From: Phycisphaerae bacterium
GTDB lineage: Bacteria; Planctomycetota; Phycisphaerae; Phycisphaerales; UBA1924
Length of the DNA: 64,000 nucleotides
Direction: 5' to 3'
Assembly: GCA_046316615.1 (NCBI GenBank)
Contig: JBKDAN010000049.1
Location: 38,927-102,926 of the forward strand
The translations under genes were made by a program, and so were the position numbers. This document shows, one piece after another, positions 33,841 to 43,298 of this stretch (positions are counted from its first letter, which is position 1; each line of letters opens with the position of its first letter). A model generated the notes under the pieces. It saw nothing but the letters and a program-made list of their open reading frames with translations. It did not search any database and was not told the DNA's origin.

Positions 33841-35394
33841 TCAGCGAGTGCGAAGCAGGTCGACCACGACCGGCAGGTGGTCGCTCGCCTCCGCCGTATC
33901 CGTCAGTTCTAGCCCTGCGCGTTGCAGGCTGTCGTCGGTCAGACGCGATGAGTCGAGCACGAACGAGCGCGCGGCATTGGCGGTGCTGTCGCTGTAGACC
34001 AGCCAGTCGAGGCGGCCGGGGCCAAAGAGGTTGCCGGCTTCGGTCCAGGTGGTGTAGGTGCGGTCGCCCAGCGTCATGGCATCGGCGAAGGCTTTGTCAC
34101 TGCCGTCGACGTCGGATTTGGTCATGAGCACGTCGAGCGGCGTGCGCGAGCCGACGAGGTTGTAGTCGCCGCCGATGATGGTGATGGTGCCGGGTTCGTT
34201 CTCGAGCTGGTCGAGGGCTTCGACAATTGCGCGAGCTTCGGCGATGCGGCGGACGTCTTCGGGGCTGCCGTTGCTGCCTGCGCTCTTGAGGTGCACGCTG
34301 CTGGCGATGATGTCGGGGCCGGGCGTATCGACGCGCACGCCAGCGAAGCGCACGTTGCTGGGTTCGCGCTGGCCTTCGGGGTGGACCTTGAGGTAAGGCG
34401 TCGCGAGCTCGACCGGGTACTTGCTGACGACAGCGACGCCGCGGTTGTCGCGCACCGTGCCGGGCAGGCCTGCGGCGTACCAGGTGCCGCCCACGTGCGT
34501 CGTAAACCACGCGGCGAGAGCTTCGTTGCTGGTGTATTCCCATTCCTGGAAGAGGTACACATCAGCATCGAGCGACTTGAAGATGCGCGAGTAGACGTCG
34601 GTCTTGGCTTCGGGCGCACTGCGGAGCACGTTGTAGCTCACCACGCGATACGCGCCGTCGGCCTTGGCGGGCACGCGCATGTTGCTGCGGCGAGCGCCGG
34701 TCATGCAGTGATCAGGCAGCTTGCCTTTGAAGATGTCGCCACTGCTGGTGATGGCGCCGTCGAGGTCGCGCGTGACGACTGCGCCGGCGAGCATGCCACT
34801 GGTGAGCAGGCCTTGCTGCGGAACGGTCACAGGTCCGGCGGGCGTGCGGCTGATGCGGGCTTCGTACCAGTTGCTTGCGTACGTGGGCGCCGCGGCGAAG
34901 TCCCAGTCTTCGCGAGCGACAGGCTGGCGGTTGCCCGATGCGTCGTAGGTGAAGAGCACCACGCCGCGGCCGGGGCCGCGCTTGCCTTGGTTGTCCGTGC
35001 GGGGCCAACTGAACGCGACTTCGAGATCGACACCCAGCCCGCGCACGGCGGCGGAGCCACCTTCGGGACGCATGCCTGTCGCCGGGTTGTTGTCGACATC
35101 AAGGAAGATGGAGGTAGTCTTGCCTGCGGACTGCAGCGTGTAGGGTTCGCCGGTCGTCTGGAAGCGCACGTACGTGTGGTGCTCGTCGCTGGCGAGCGTG
35201 ACGTTGGCGGGCCACTCGCCGACATCGCCGTCAAGCGTGACGAGCGCGCCGAGGACTTCGGGGGCTCGAGCGGGGGCGGGTTTGCCACCGGAGCCGGAAC
35301 CGGTTGAGTTGGCGGCGCAGCCAGCGAGTGCGGAGAAGGCAAGTAGGGTGAGACAACCAGCGGCATACTTCATGGCGAAGTATCTGCCAGACAC
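33841..35394 (-). CDS. Endonuclease/exonuclease/phosphatase (EEP) family lipoprotein
   Basis: Lipobox 'FSALAGCAANS'. EEP blocks 'YRVVSYNVL', 'DADVYLFQEWE', 'IIGGDYN' and 'SDHLPVVVDL'. An extra N-terminal beta-rich domain of about 230 aa. Confidence 0.8.
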   Translation of the reverse strand: MSGRYFAMKYAAGCLTLLAFSALAGCAANSTGSGSGGKPAPARAPEVLGALVTLDGDVGEWPANVTLASDEHHTYVRFQTTGEPYTLQSAGKTTSIFLDVDNNPATGMRPEGGSAAVRGLGVDLEVAFSWPRTDNQGKRGPGRGVVLFTYDASGNRQPVAREDWDFAAAPTYASNWYEARISRTPAGPVTVPQQGLLTSGMLAGAVVTRDLDGAITSSGDIFKGKLPDHCMTGARRSNMRVPAKADGAYRVVSYNVLRSAPEAKTDVYSRIFKSLDADVYLFQEWEYTSNEALAAWFTTHVGGTWYAAGLPGTVRDNRGVAVVSKYPVELATPYLKVHPEGQREPSNVRFAGVRVDTPGPDIIASSVHLKSAGSNGSPEDVRRIAEARAIVEALDQLENEPGTITIIGGDYNLVGSRTPLDVLMTKSDVDGSDKAFADAMTLGDRTYTTWTEAGNLFGPGRLDWLVYSDSTANAARSFVLDSSRLTDDSLQRAGLELTDTAEASDHLPVVVDLLRTR

Positions 35395-35419
35395 GGCGCG
35401 GTGGCGAGCGGACCGAAGA

Positions 35420-36745
35420 TCAAAGCTTGCAGTTAAGCGTCAGCGGCGGCGACCAGTTGTCGATCGAGATGCCTGGTGCGGGGCGGCCCCAGGTGTTTTT
35501 GTTCTTGTCCGGCCTGCCTGTCAGGAAGCGGACGATCATGCGGTGCAGCATGTCCATGTTGGGCAGGATCCCGTGGAAACCCGCGACACTGGTCACCATG
35601 CGATCCTGCACTTCCCAGTAGCCGTAGTCGTCGGGCGTGACGCACACGATGTTCTCGCGATTGAGAAAGCCAGGCATGGCGCCTTCAAAGGGCACGGTGC
35701 CGTCGCCAGTATGGATGCGCTTGGCGACATCAGTTTCGGACCAGAGGTTGCGGCGGTCGTCGGAATCAAGATCGAAGACCGGCTTGCCGCGATCGGAGCG
35801 GATGTGCAGCGCCACGCGGGTCTTGGCATCGGCACCGACGACGCAGAGCCAGTCGGTTGGCTTCATGCCGACGGAAGCGAGCTTGAGATTCTCGATGCTT
35901 GTGCGATGCGACTTGGCTTCATCGAGCATGCTCTGGAAGACTTTGGTCGCGCGTTCAGTGGGCGAAAGGCGGCTCTTAGCGGGGGTTGCATCTGGAAGGC
36001 CGTAAGCCTTGATGAACTGCGTGATGGTCGCGAGGACGCTGGCTTGCCACGATTCCGGCTTGAACAGCGAGGTGGTGAGTCCCGCGTCGGCGTTGATCGC
36101 GTTTTTGAACTCGGGCAGAAGGTGGTAGAGCGCGGGTGTCAGGCGTGAGGCTTCGCGTTCGCGTGATGCGGGTTCGAGGCCGCCCAGAGCTGCGGTCCCT
36201 GTCGTGACTTTCAGCACTGCTTCAAATGACCCACGGAACGGGCTCGCGAGGGAGACGACTTTCTCGACTTTGGCCTTTGCGCCCGATTCTGCGAGATATC
36301 CCGCGGCAATGAGGCCGCCCATGGAGTGCCCGACCAAGTTGACGCGCGGGTCCGCGGACCAGTCGTCTTTCGCGTAGTGATGCAGCAACTGCGTGCGATC
36401 AATCACTTCGTTCACGAAGTCAGCCAGACGGCGCTGCGTGGCGGCGAGCGGTTGTCGCCAGTCGTAGCCAAAGAGGTAGACGGGCACCGCCACATCGGGC
36501 GCGAGGGCGAGGTTGTATCGCAGTTCCTTGACGAGTTCGCCGTAGGAGATTTCGTAGATCTGATCTGGCATGACCCGGGCGGGCTCGGTGGCCTCATAGC
36601 GCAGGTCATCGGGGTGCAGCGTGATGCGGGCGTAGTCCTTGCGAATGACGGTCCACACGGCTTCGGGTGGGAGCGTGTACTCGTCGCGGAGATACGTCGC
36701 GGTGATGCCGGGAATGACGATGACGGGTGATGGCAGCCGAGCCAT
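35420..36745 (-). CDS. Alpha/beta hydrolase, LCAT/PGAP1-like esterase-lipase
   Basis: 'VIVIPGITATYL', 'YLFGYDWRQP' and the nucleophile elbow 'VNLVGHSMGGLIA'. No obvious signal peptide. Confidence 0.75.
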   Translation of the reverse strand: MARLPSPVIVIPGITATYLRDEYTLPPEAVWTVIRKDYARITLHPDDLRYEATEPARVMPDQIYEISYGELVKELRYNLALAPDVAVPVYLFGYDWRQPLAATQRRLADFVNEVIDRTQLLHHYAKDDWSADPRVNLVGHSMGGLIAAGYLAESGAKAKVEKVVSLASPFRGSFEAVLKVTTGTAALGGLEPASREREASRLTPALYHLLPEFKNAINADAGLTTSLFKPESWQASVLATITQFIKAYGLPDATPAKSRLSPTERATKVFQSMLDEAKSHRTSIENLKLASVGMKPTDWLCVVGADAKTRVALHIRSDRGKPVFDLDSDDRRNLWSETDVAKRIHTGDGTVPFEGAMPGFLNRENIVCVTPDDYGYWEVQDRMVTSVAGFHGILPNMDMLHRMIVRFLTGRPDKNKNTWGRPAPGISIDNWSPPLTLNCKL

Positions 36746-36881
36746 GGGGAATCTCCGGTTGGCGAAAGCAACTCGCGCGCGAGTGTGTCCGCAAGCGTTC
36801 GTACGTCACCAGTTGGTTCCGTGTGAACACAAGTCGTCGAGATTCCATGATGAAGAATCGAACGGGGCCGGTTTCGCGCAA

Positions 36882-37340
36882 TCACGACGCGACTTGAGCG
36901 GCCGGCCAGATGGTGCGGCCCTTGCCGGTTTCCTTGGCGCGCTTCTCGAAGTCAGCCATATCGGCGACCGTGGTCTTGCGCAGGAAGTCCTGGAAATCGC
37001 CGCGGTTGACCTTCCAGAAAGCGTGGCAGGGGCAGGCGCGTTCGTCGCTGCAGATGGCGGTGCCGAGCATGCAGCGGTTGAGGACGGCGGGATCATCCAA
37101 GGCGACGCAGACGTCGTGCAAGGTGATTTCTTTGGCTTCGCGAGCGAGGACCACGCCGCCGCCGATGCCGCGCTGCGTGCGGACGATGCCGCGCTTGCTC
37201 AAGATCTGCACGATTTTGGCGAGATAGGGAGCGGGAATGGCGGTTGCTTCCGCGATGTCCTTGACGAGGACAGACTTGCTATCGCAGTTGGCAACGTACC
37301 CCAACGCGCTGGCGGCGTAGCCGCTGGCTTGACTGAGCAT
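36882..37340 (-). CDS. Rrf2 family transcriptional regulator (Fe-S-binding type, IscR/NsrR-like)
   Basis: 'VKDIAEATAIPAPYLAKIVQILSKRGIVRTQRGIGGGVVLAR' (wHTH) and the Cys cluster 'CMLGTAICSDERACPCH'. Start at Met 37340, preceded by GGAGGG; the ORF extends to 37493. Confidence 0.88.
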   Translation of the reverse strand: MLSQASGYAASALGYVANCDSKSVLVKDIAEATAIPAPYLAKIVQILSKRGIVRTQRGIGGGVVLAREAKEITLHDVCVALDDPAVLNRCMLGTAICSDERACPCHAFWKVNRGDFQDFLRKTTVADMADFEKRAKETGKGRTIWPAAQVAS

Positions 37341-37551
37341 AAAACCCTCCAACCCGCCCGCAATTCGCGCGACAGCGTATGCGGGACCAACGAGTCCGGA
37401 TACGTTCCCAAAGTATAGTGAAGTTCGGACTTTGCTGTCCAATATTCCAGAGGATTTCACGAGATTCTTGAGATAATGGCCGGAAATTGCCAAGGGTTTT
37501 CACGTGGCATCGGTCGCGATCGACCATAGGACAAAATTATCTGGTTTATTG

Positions 37552-37580
37552 TTGACATTCTGGTCCTTTGCAGACACAAT
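37552..37580 (+). promoter_or_regulatory. Putative sigma70-type promoter for the cco operon
   Basis: TTGACA (37552-37557), a 17-nt spacer, then CACAAT (37575-37580), about 115 nt upstream of the ccoNO ATG and in an A+T-richer intergenic region. Pattern match only. Confidence 0.35.
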
Positions 37581-37696
37581 GGCATTGGATCAACACATCC
37601 GTTTGTCTGGTGTCGGCTCGGAAGGGTGTCGATCAGGGCGGAACGGGCAAGAGCGGCGGTCTTTGGCTGCTTTGCCACTTCACGCGGAGGTGCCGG

Positions 37697-40135
37697 ATGG
37701 CTAGTGCAAGTGGTCATGCGACTCGGGAAACCGGGCCCATGGAAACCTTTACGTACGACGACAAGATCGTGCGGATGTTCCTCACGGCGACGATCGTGTG
37801 GGGCTTTGTTGGGATGCTGGTCGGGCTGATTCTTGCGATTCAGTTGGGCGCGCCGTACATGGGAAGTTACCAGACGGCGTCCGGGGCGCGGCCGCTGGCG
37901 TGGCTGAGCTTTCTGTATGAATACCAGTGGATCAACTTCGGGCGGCTCCGCCCGCTGCACACCAACGCGGTGATCTTCGCGTTTGCGGGCAATGCGATCT
38001 TCACGGGGGTGTACTACAGCACACAGCGGTTGTGCAAGGCGCGGATGTGGAGCGACAAGCTCAGCAAGCTGCACTTCTGGGGTTGGCAGGGGATTATCGT
38101 CGCCGCCGCACTCACACTGCCGTTTGGCATTACGCAGGGCAAGGAGTACGCGGAGCTGGAGTGGCCCATCGACCTTGCGATCGCGGTGGTGTGGCTGGGG
38201 TTCTTTGGGACCAACTTCATCATGACGCTGGTGAAGCGCCGTGAGCGGCACATGTACGTGGCGCTGTGGTTCTACATCGCGTCGCTGGTGACGGTGACGG
38301 TGCTGCACGTGTTCAACAACTTGAGCCTGCCTTACGCGCTGGCTCAGGTCATGAGCGGCACTGTGCCCACGAAGGAAGGCTTCGTGAAGAGCTGGCCCGT
38401 GTACGCGGGCGTGCAAGACGCGTTCATGCAGTGGTGGTACGGGCACAACGCGGTGGCGTTCTTCCTGACGACGCCGTTCCTGGGGCTCATGTACTACTTC
38501 ATGCCGAAGGCTGCGGAGCGGCCCGTGTATTCGTACCGGCTGTCGATCGTGCACTTCTGGAGCCTGGTGTTCATGTACATCTGGGCGGGGCCGCACCACC
38601 TGCACTACACGAGCCTGCCCGCGTGGGCAAGCACGCTTGGGATGGTGTTCAGCATCATGCTGTGGATGCCAAGCTGGGGCGGGATGATCAACGGGCTGCT
38701 CACGCTGCGGGGCGCGTGGCACAAGGTCACGAAGGATCCGATTCTGAAGTTCTTCGTGATCGGCGTCACGTTCTACGGCATGGCGACGTTTGAAGGCCCG
38801 ATGATGAGCATCAAGAGCATCAACGCCTTGACGCACTACGGCGACTGGACCATCGGTCACGTGCACGGGGGCGCCTTGGGCTGGAACGGCTTCCTGACGT
38901 TCGGCATGATGTACTGGCTGCTGCCGCGATTGTTCCAGACCAAGCTCTGGAGCGAGAAGCTGATGGGCTGGCACTTCTGGATCGCGACGATCGGGATGGT
39001 GATGTACATCCTGGCGATGTATGGCAGCGGTCTGACGCAGGGTTTCATGTGGCGCGCGTTTGATGAAGTAGGCGAACTGCAGTACACGGACTTTGTTGAC
39101 ACCGTCAACGCGATTGTGCCCTTCTACTGGATTCGCGCCATCGGCGGCTCGCTGTATCTGGCGGGCGTGGTGATGGCGGGTGTCAATCTATTCATGACCT
39201 GGCGCTCGCGTCCCGTGACGTACGCGGAGCCGGTCATGTCAGCTCCTGCCCTCTCACCCGTGTATGACGACGGCGCGCCGGCTCCGAGCCGCGTGGGTGA
39301 GATGAACCTGCCGATCGGCCGCACGGCGGACGTGTTTGTGCAGGGCTGGTGGCACCGCGTGTGGGAGCGCAAGCCCATCAAGTTCACGGTGATGACGCTG
39401 CTCGCGGTGGTCGTGGCGAGCCTGTTTGAGATGATCCCAACGTTCCTGATCAAGAGCAATGTGCCGACGATCGCGAGCGTGAAGCCATACACGCCGCTGG
39501 AACTGGTCGGGCGTGACATCTATATCGCGGAAGGTTGCTACAACTGCCACAGCCAGATGATCCGTCCGATCTGGGCGGAAACGAAGCGCTACGGCGAATT
39601 CAGCAAGCCGGGCGAAACGGTGTATGACCATCCGTTCCAGTTCGGAAGCCGGCGCATCGGTCCGGACCTGGCGCGTGAAGGCGGGCTGCGGAACCACTAC
39701 TGGCATGTGGCGCACCTGGAGAACCCGCGGAATGTGATTCCGCAATCGATCATGCCAAGCTACTCGCACCTGCTGCGGGAGAAGCTGGACTTCTCGCTGG
39801 CGCAAACGAAGGTGAAGGCGCATGCGATGCTGGGTGTGCCTTACGGCGCGGCGCTGGAGCATGGTGAGGCGCTTGCCAAGGCGCAGGCGGAGAAGATCGC
39901 GAAGGAACTGGAATCGCAAGGCGGTTACGGCGACATGGGCGACAAGCAGGTGATCGCGCTGGTTGCGTATCTACAGCGCATCGGCGTCGACCTGAACAAG
40001 CCTGCGGACTGGAATCCGTATGAGGGATTTGACCAGATGCTGCGAAATGGCGGCGCTGACAAGTCGGGCAAAGTCGCGGCGGGTGGCAGTTCGAACGGCG
40101 TGAGCATGCCCAAGCAGGAAGGAGCTGCGGAATGA
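37697..40135 (+). CDS. ccoNO: cbb3-type cytochrome c oxidase, fused subunits I and II (CcoN-CcoO)
   Basis: CcoN core ('RLRPLHTNAVIFAFAGN', 'HNAVAFFLTTPFLGLMYYF', 'HHLHYT', 'DWTIGHVHGGALGWNG') continues without a stop into CcoO ('HRVWERKPIKFTVMTLL...EMIPTF', 'YIAEGCYNCHSQMIRP', 'GPDLAREG'). ATG 37697 is preceded by GGAGG. Confidence 0.92.
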   Translation: MASASGHATRETGPMETFTYDDKIVRMFLTATIVWGFVGMLVGLILAIQLGAPYMGSYQTASGARPLAWLSFLYEYQWINFGRLRPLHTNAVIFAFAGNAIFTGVYYSTQRLCKARMWSDKLSKLHFWGWQGIIVAAALTLPFGITQGKEYAELEWPIDLAIAVVWLGFFGTNFIMTLVKRRERHMYVALWFYIASLVTVTVLHVFNNLSLPYALAQVMSGTVPTKEGFVKSWPVYAGVQDAFMQWWYGHNAVAFFLTTPFLGLMYYFMPKAAERPVYSYRLSIVHFWSLVFMYIWAGPHHLHYTSLPAWASTLGMVFSIMLWMPSWGGMINGLLTLRGAWHKVTKDPILKFFVIGVTFYGMATFEGPMMSIKSINALTHYGDWTIGHVHGGALGWNGFLTFGMMYWLLPRLFQTKLWSEKLMGWHFWIATIGMVMYILAMYGSGLTQGFMWRAFDEVGELQYTDFVDTVNAIVPFYWIRAIGGSLYLAGVVMAGVNLFMTWRSRPVTYAEPVMSAPALSPVYDDGAPAPSRVGEMNLPIGRTADVFVQGWWHRVWERKPIKFTVMTLLAVVVASLFEMIPTFLIKSNVPTIASVKPYTPLELVGRDIYIAEGCYNCHSQMIRPIWAETKRYGEFSKPGETVYDHPFQFGSRRIGPDLAREGGLRNHYWHVAHLENPRNVIPQSIMPSYSHLLREKLDFSLAQTKVKAHAMLGVPYGAALEHGEALAKAQAEKIAKELESQGGYGDMGDKQVIALVAYLQRIGVDLNKPADWNPYEGFDQMLRNGGADKSGKVAAGGSSNGVSMPKQEGAAE

Positions 40136-40344
40136 GCCTCACGGAGATCATGAGCTCGGCCGGGCTCACTTTCTGGCCCATTGCAGGACTTGTGCTGTTT
40201 CTGCTGGCGTTTGTGATGATCGGCGTTCGCACGTTCGCACGCGGCAGCCGGCAGGAACAGAAGGAGGCGGCGATGCTGCCTCTGGAGGAAGCGCGGGTCA
40301 TCAACACACGCAACAGAGATGCCCGCACCGGAGGTGAACTGTGA
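40132..40344 (+). CDS. ccoQ: cbb3 oxidase small subunit CcoQ/FixQ-like
   Basis: 70 aa with a single TM ('LTFWPIAGLVLFLLAFVMIGV'). ATGA overlap with ccoNO, and positioned between ccoO and ccoP. Confidence 0.7.
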   Translation: MSLTEIMSSAGLTFWPIAGLVLFLLAFVMIGVRTFARGSRQEQKEAAMLPLEEARVINTRNRDARTGGEL

Positions 40345-40994
40345 CTTCAGTCCCCAACGAGATGAATGACAAGCGCGGCGATCAAGTGATCGACGAGAGC
40401 GGTGAGTATGAGATCATCAAGCGCAAGCGGGCATCGCTGCTTGACCACGAGTACGACGGCATTCGTGAGTATGACAACCCCACACCGGGATGGTGGCATG
40501 CGATCTTCATCGCGACGGTGGTGTTCAGCGTGTTCTACGTGGCGTTCTTTCATATCAGTCCGATGAGCTGGACCATTCAGGAACAGTGGACGCGCAAGCA
40601 GAATGTCGAGACCAAGAAGCTGTTCGGCACGCTCGCTTTGCAGCCGGTGCAGGCGGACATGCACAAGATGCAACTGGACCCGAAGATGATGGCTGTGGCG
40701 AAGGGCATGTTTGAAGGCAACTGCGCCGCGTGCCACGCCAAGGATGGCGGCGGTCTGACGGGTGTGAACCTGTGTGACGACAACTACAAGAACATCAAGA
40801 AGCTTGAGGACATCTTCGCCGTCATCACGAAGGGCGCGAACAACGGCGCGATGCCGCCTTGGGAGAACCGGCTGAGTCAGAATGAGCGGGTGCTGCTGAG
40901 CGCGTATGTCGCGTCGCTGCGCGGCACGACGCCCGCCGCGCCGCGCGGACCGGAAGGTGATGTGATTGAGCCATTCCCGGTGGCGGGCAAGTGA
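40341..40994 (+). CDS. ccoP: cbb3 oxidase subunit III CcoP, single-haem form
   Basis: FixP N-terminal motif 'HEYDGIREYDNPTPGWWHAIF'. There is only one CXXCH ('CAACH') and a distal 'MPPW'. Confidence 0.85.
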   Translation: MTSVPNEMNDKRGDQVIDESGEYEIIKRKRASLLDHEYDGIREYDNPTPGWWHAIFIATVVFSVFYVAFFHISPMSWTIQEQWTRKQNVETKKLFGTLALQPVQADMHKMQLDPKMMAVAKGMFEGNCAACHAKDGGGLTGVNLCDDNYKNIKKLEDIFAVITKGANNGAMPPWENRLSQNERVLLSAYVASLRGTTPAAPRGPEGDVIEPFPVAGK

Positions 40995-41136
40995 AAGCGT
41001 GATCGCATCGCGTGATGCAGGACCCATGACGCGATGTGTGAGGATTGAACGGGGGAAACGGTCCTTCTCGGTGGGTGCGTTGGGAACGACGTGCCTGCCG
41101 ATTGCCTCGAAAGCGTTCATGAAGGAGGACGCGAAC

Positions 41137-42780
41137 ATGTCGCAAGTCGCTGGAAAGTCAAACCATGATCAGGCTCAGGTTCTGCCTGTTGCGACGGCGC
41201 TGCAGAGTGATGTGAAGCCTGAAGAGATGCCGCACCTGCAAGGTGGCGGACTCACCACGCTGCATGCGGATGGTTCGCGCAAGTGGCTGAAGCCGAGGCT
41301 GTCGGAGGGCAAGTTCTGGCAGGCGCGGCGGATCGTCGCGTATGTGCTGATACTGCTGTTCACGGCGATTCCGTACATGAGCATGAACGGCAAGCCGCTG
41401 ATGCTGATTGATCTGACCATGCGCAAGTTCACGTTGCTTGGGAAGACATTTTTGCCCACGGACACGTTGCTGCTGAGCCTGCTGTGCATGATGATTGCGC
41501 TGGGCGTGTTCTGGGTGACGGCCTTGTGGGGGCGTGTGTGGTGCGGGTGGGGCTGTCCGCAGACGGTTTACATGGAGTATGTGTATCGGCCGATCGAGCG
41601 GTTCTTTGAAGGCGCGCCCGGACGCCCCAAGAAGACGAAGGGCGTGCAGGGCTGGCTGCAGCAATCGGGATTTGGCATGCTGCTGAAGTACGTGGTGTAC
41701 TTCGTCATTTCGTGCTACCTCGCGCACACGTTTCTGGCGTACTTCGTGGGCGTGGAGAAGCTGCGTGTGTGGGTGACGCAATCGCCCTTTGAGCATCCGA
41801 CGCCGTTCATCGTGATGACGGTGGTGACAGCGCTGATGATGCTGGACTTCAGCTTCTTTCGCGAGCAGATTTGCCTGGTTGTGTGTCCTTATGGACGCAT
41901 GCAGAGCGTGATGATCGATCGGCAGTCGATGATCATCAGTTACGATCGCAAGCGTGGTGAGCCGCGCGGTGTCAAGAAGAAGGCGGGGACGAGCGATGTG
42001 TCGCTGCCGGTGCTGGCGATGCATGATGCACGCACGGCGGACTGCGTGGACTGCAAGATGTGCGTGACGACGTGTCCCACGGGGATTGACATTCGGAACG
42101 GCTTGCAGATGGAGTGTATCAACTGTGCGCAGTGCATTGATGCGTGCGACAGCGTGATGACGAAGCTGAACAGGCCCACGGGACTGATTCGATATGCATC
42201 GCAGGCGGTGATAGATGGCGAGAAGCCGAAGCTGTTGCGGGCGCGGGTGCTGCTGTATCCGGTGATCATGATCGTGCTGGGTGTGCTCTTCATCGGCGTG
42301 CTCATGAATCAAGCTCCGTCGTACATCGCTGTGCTGCGCGGGACGGGTGCACCCTTCTACACGCTGCCCAGCGGCGAAGTCGCCAACCCGGTGAAGCTCA
42401 AGCTGATCAACCGGACGGAGGGTGACGTGGCGTACACGGTGACGAGCACGGACGGCATCGCGCAGGTGCGTATCGAAGACAAGCAGATCACGCTGAAGCC
42501 GGGTGAACTGCGGCAGGTCAGCGGGATCATCGTGGTGCAGCCGGATGCGTTTGTGAACGGCACGTACAACGCGAGTGTGCGCGTGCGGGCGAGTGACGGG
42601 TATGCGCGCGAGGTGACGTATCGACTGCTTGGGCCGTCGCGCGATCACCGTGTGAAGGGCGTGGATCGTGATCGTGATGAGAAGGATCCGTCACCCGGGC
42701 TGCCTGTGATGAACAGCGGCGAGAAGCACGACGAGAAACACGACAAGAAGCAGGAATCTGAGAAGGAAGGTGACAAGTGA
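41137..42780 (+). CDS. ccoG: Cytochrome c oxidase accessory protein CcoG/FixG (4Fe-4S)
   Basis: 'WCGWGCPQTV', 'CVDCKMCVTTCPTGIDIRNG...CINCAQCIDACD' and a C-terminal FixG Ig-like domain. ATG 41137 is preceded by AAGGAGG; the ORF extends upstream to 40966. Confidence 0.9.
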   Translation: MSQVAGKSNHDQAQVLPVATALQSDVKPEEMPHLQGGGLTTLHADGSRKWLKPRLSEGKFWQARRIVAYVLILLFTAIPYMSMNGKPLMLIDLTMRKFTLLGKTFLPTDTLLLSLLCMMIALGVFWVTALWGRVWCGWGCPQTVYMEYVYRPIERFFEGAPGRPKKTKGVQGWLQQSGFGMLLKYVVYFVISCYLAHTFLAYFVGVEKLRVWVTQSPFEHPTPFIVMTVVTALMMLDFSFFREQICLVVCPYGRMQSVMIDRQSMIISYDRKRGEPRGVKKKAGTSDVSLPVLAMHDARTADCVDCKMCVTTCPTGIDIRNGLQMECINCAQCIDACDSVMTKLNRPTGLIRYASQAVIDGEKPKLLRARVLLYPVIMIVLGVLFIGVLMNQAPSYIAVLRGTGAPFYTLPSGEVANPVKLKLINRTEGDVAYTVTSTDGIAQVRIEDKQITLKPGELRQVSGIIVVQPDAFVNGTYNASVRVRASDGYAREVTYRLLGPSRDHRVKGVDRDRDEKDPSPGLPVMNSGEKHDEKHDKKQESEKEGDK

Positions 42781-43295
42781 AAGCTTCGATTCTGTGGCCG
42801 AGCATCATCGTGACGATCTTGGGCGCGAACGTCGGCATTGTGGCGCTGACGGTGGCCGTGTCGCGAGCGGGCGGCGGGTATGTTGTGGAGAAGGGATATG
42901 ACCAGAAGGCTCTGAAGTGGGATGAGCACAAAGCGAGGCTCGAGAAGCAGGCGCAACTGGGGTGGCAGGTTGAGTGTGTTGTGGAGCGGGCTACGAGCGG
43001 CAGCGGAACGCTGCGTCTGAATGTGAAGGATCGTGAAGGCAAGGCACTGACCGACGCCCGCGTGCGAGTGAGCGCTTTTCAGGCGGGGTGGCCCAAGGAG
43101 GCGCAGCTCACGACATTGGTATTGACGGACAGCGAGGGTGTGGCGATGTGCGAGTTTGTGCCCAAGCGTGAAGGCACGTGGGTGATTGATGTGAGTGTGT
43201 CGCGTGGCAGCGATGTGTCGGAGTCGCGGCTTGAGCGGGATGTGTGGTTTGATCTGCCGGTTCCTGTGCCCGCGGTTGTCTCACAGAAGGGTTGA
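42777..43295 (+). CDS. ccoH: FixH/CcoH family protein
   Basis: N-terminal TM 'ILWPSIIVTILGANVGIVALTVAV', then a beta-sandwich-like region. GTGA overlap with ccoG and canonical position. Confidence 0.78.
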   Translation: MKASILWPSIIVTILGANVGIVALTVAVSRAGGGYVVEKGYDQKALKWDEHKARLEKQAQLGWQVECVVERATSGSGTLRLNVKDREGKALTDARVRVSAFQAGWPKEAQLTTLVLTDSEGVAMCEFVPKREGTWVIDVSVSRGSDVSESRLERDVWFDLPVPVPAVVSQKG

Positions 43296-43298
43296 ATC

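Noticed and set aside
37341-37696. Search for an FNR/FixK box (TTGAT-N4-ATCAA) upstream of ccoNO
   Set aside because: Only partial matches were seen (for example 'ttggatcaac') and no exact consensus, so I did not call one. A matrix-based scan would be needed.
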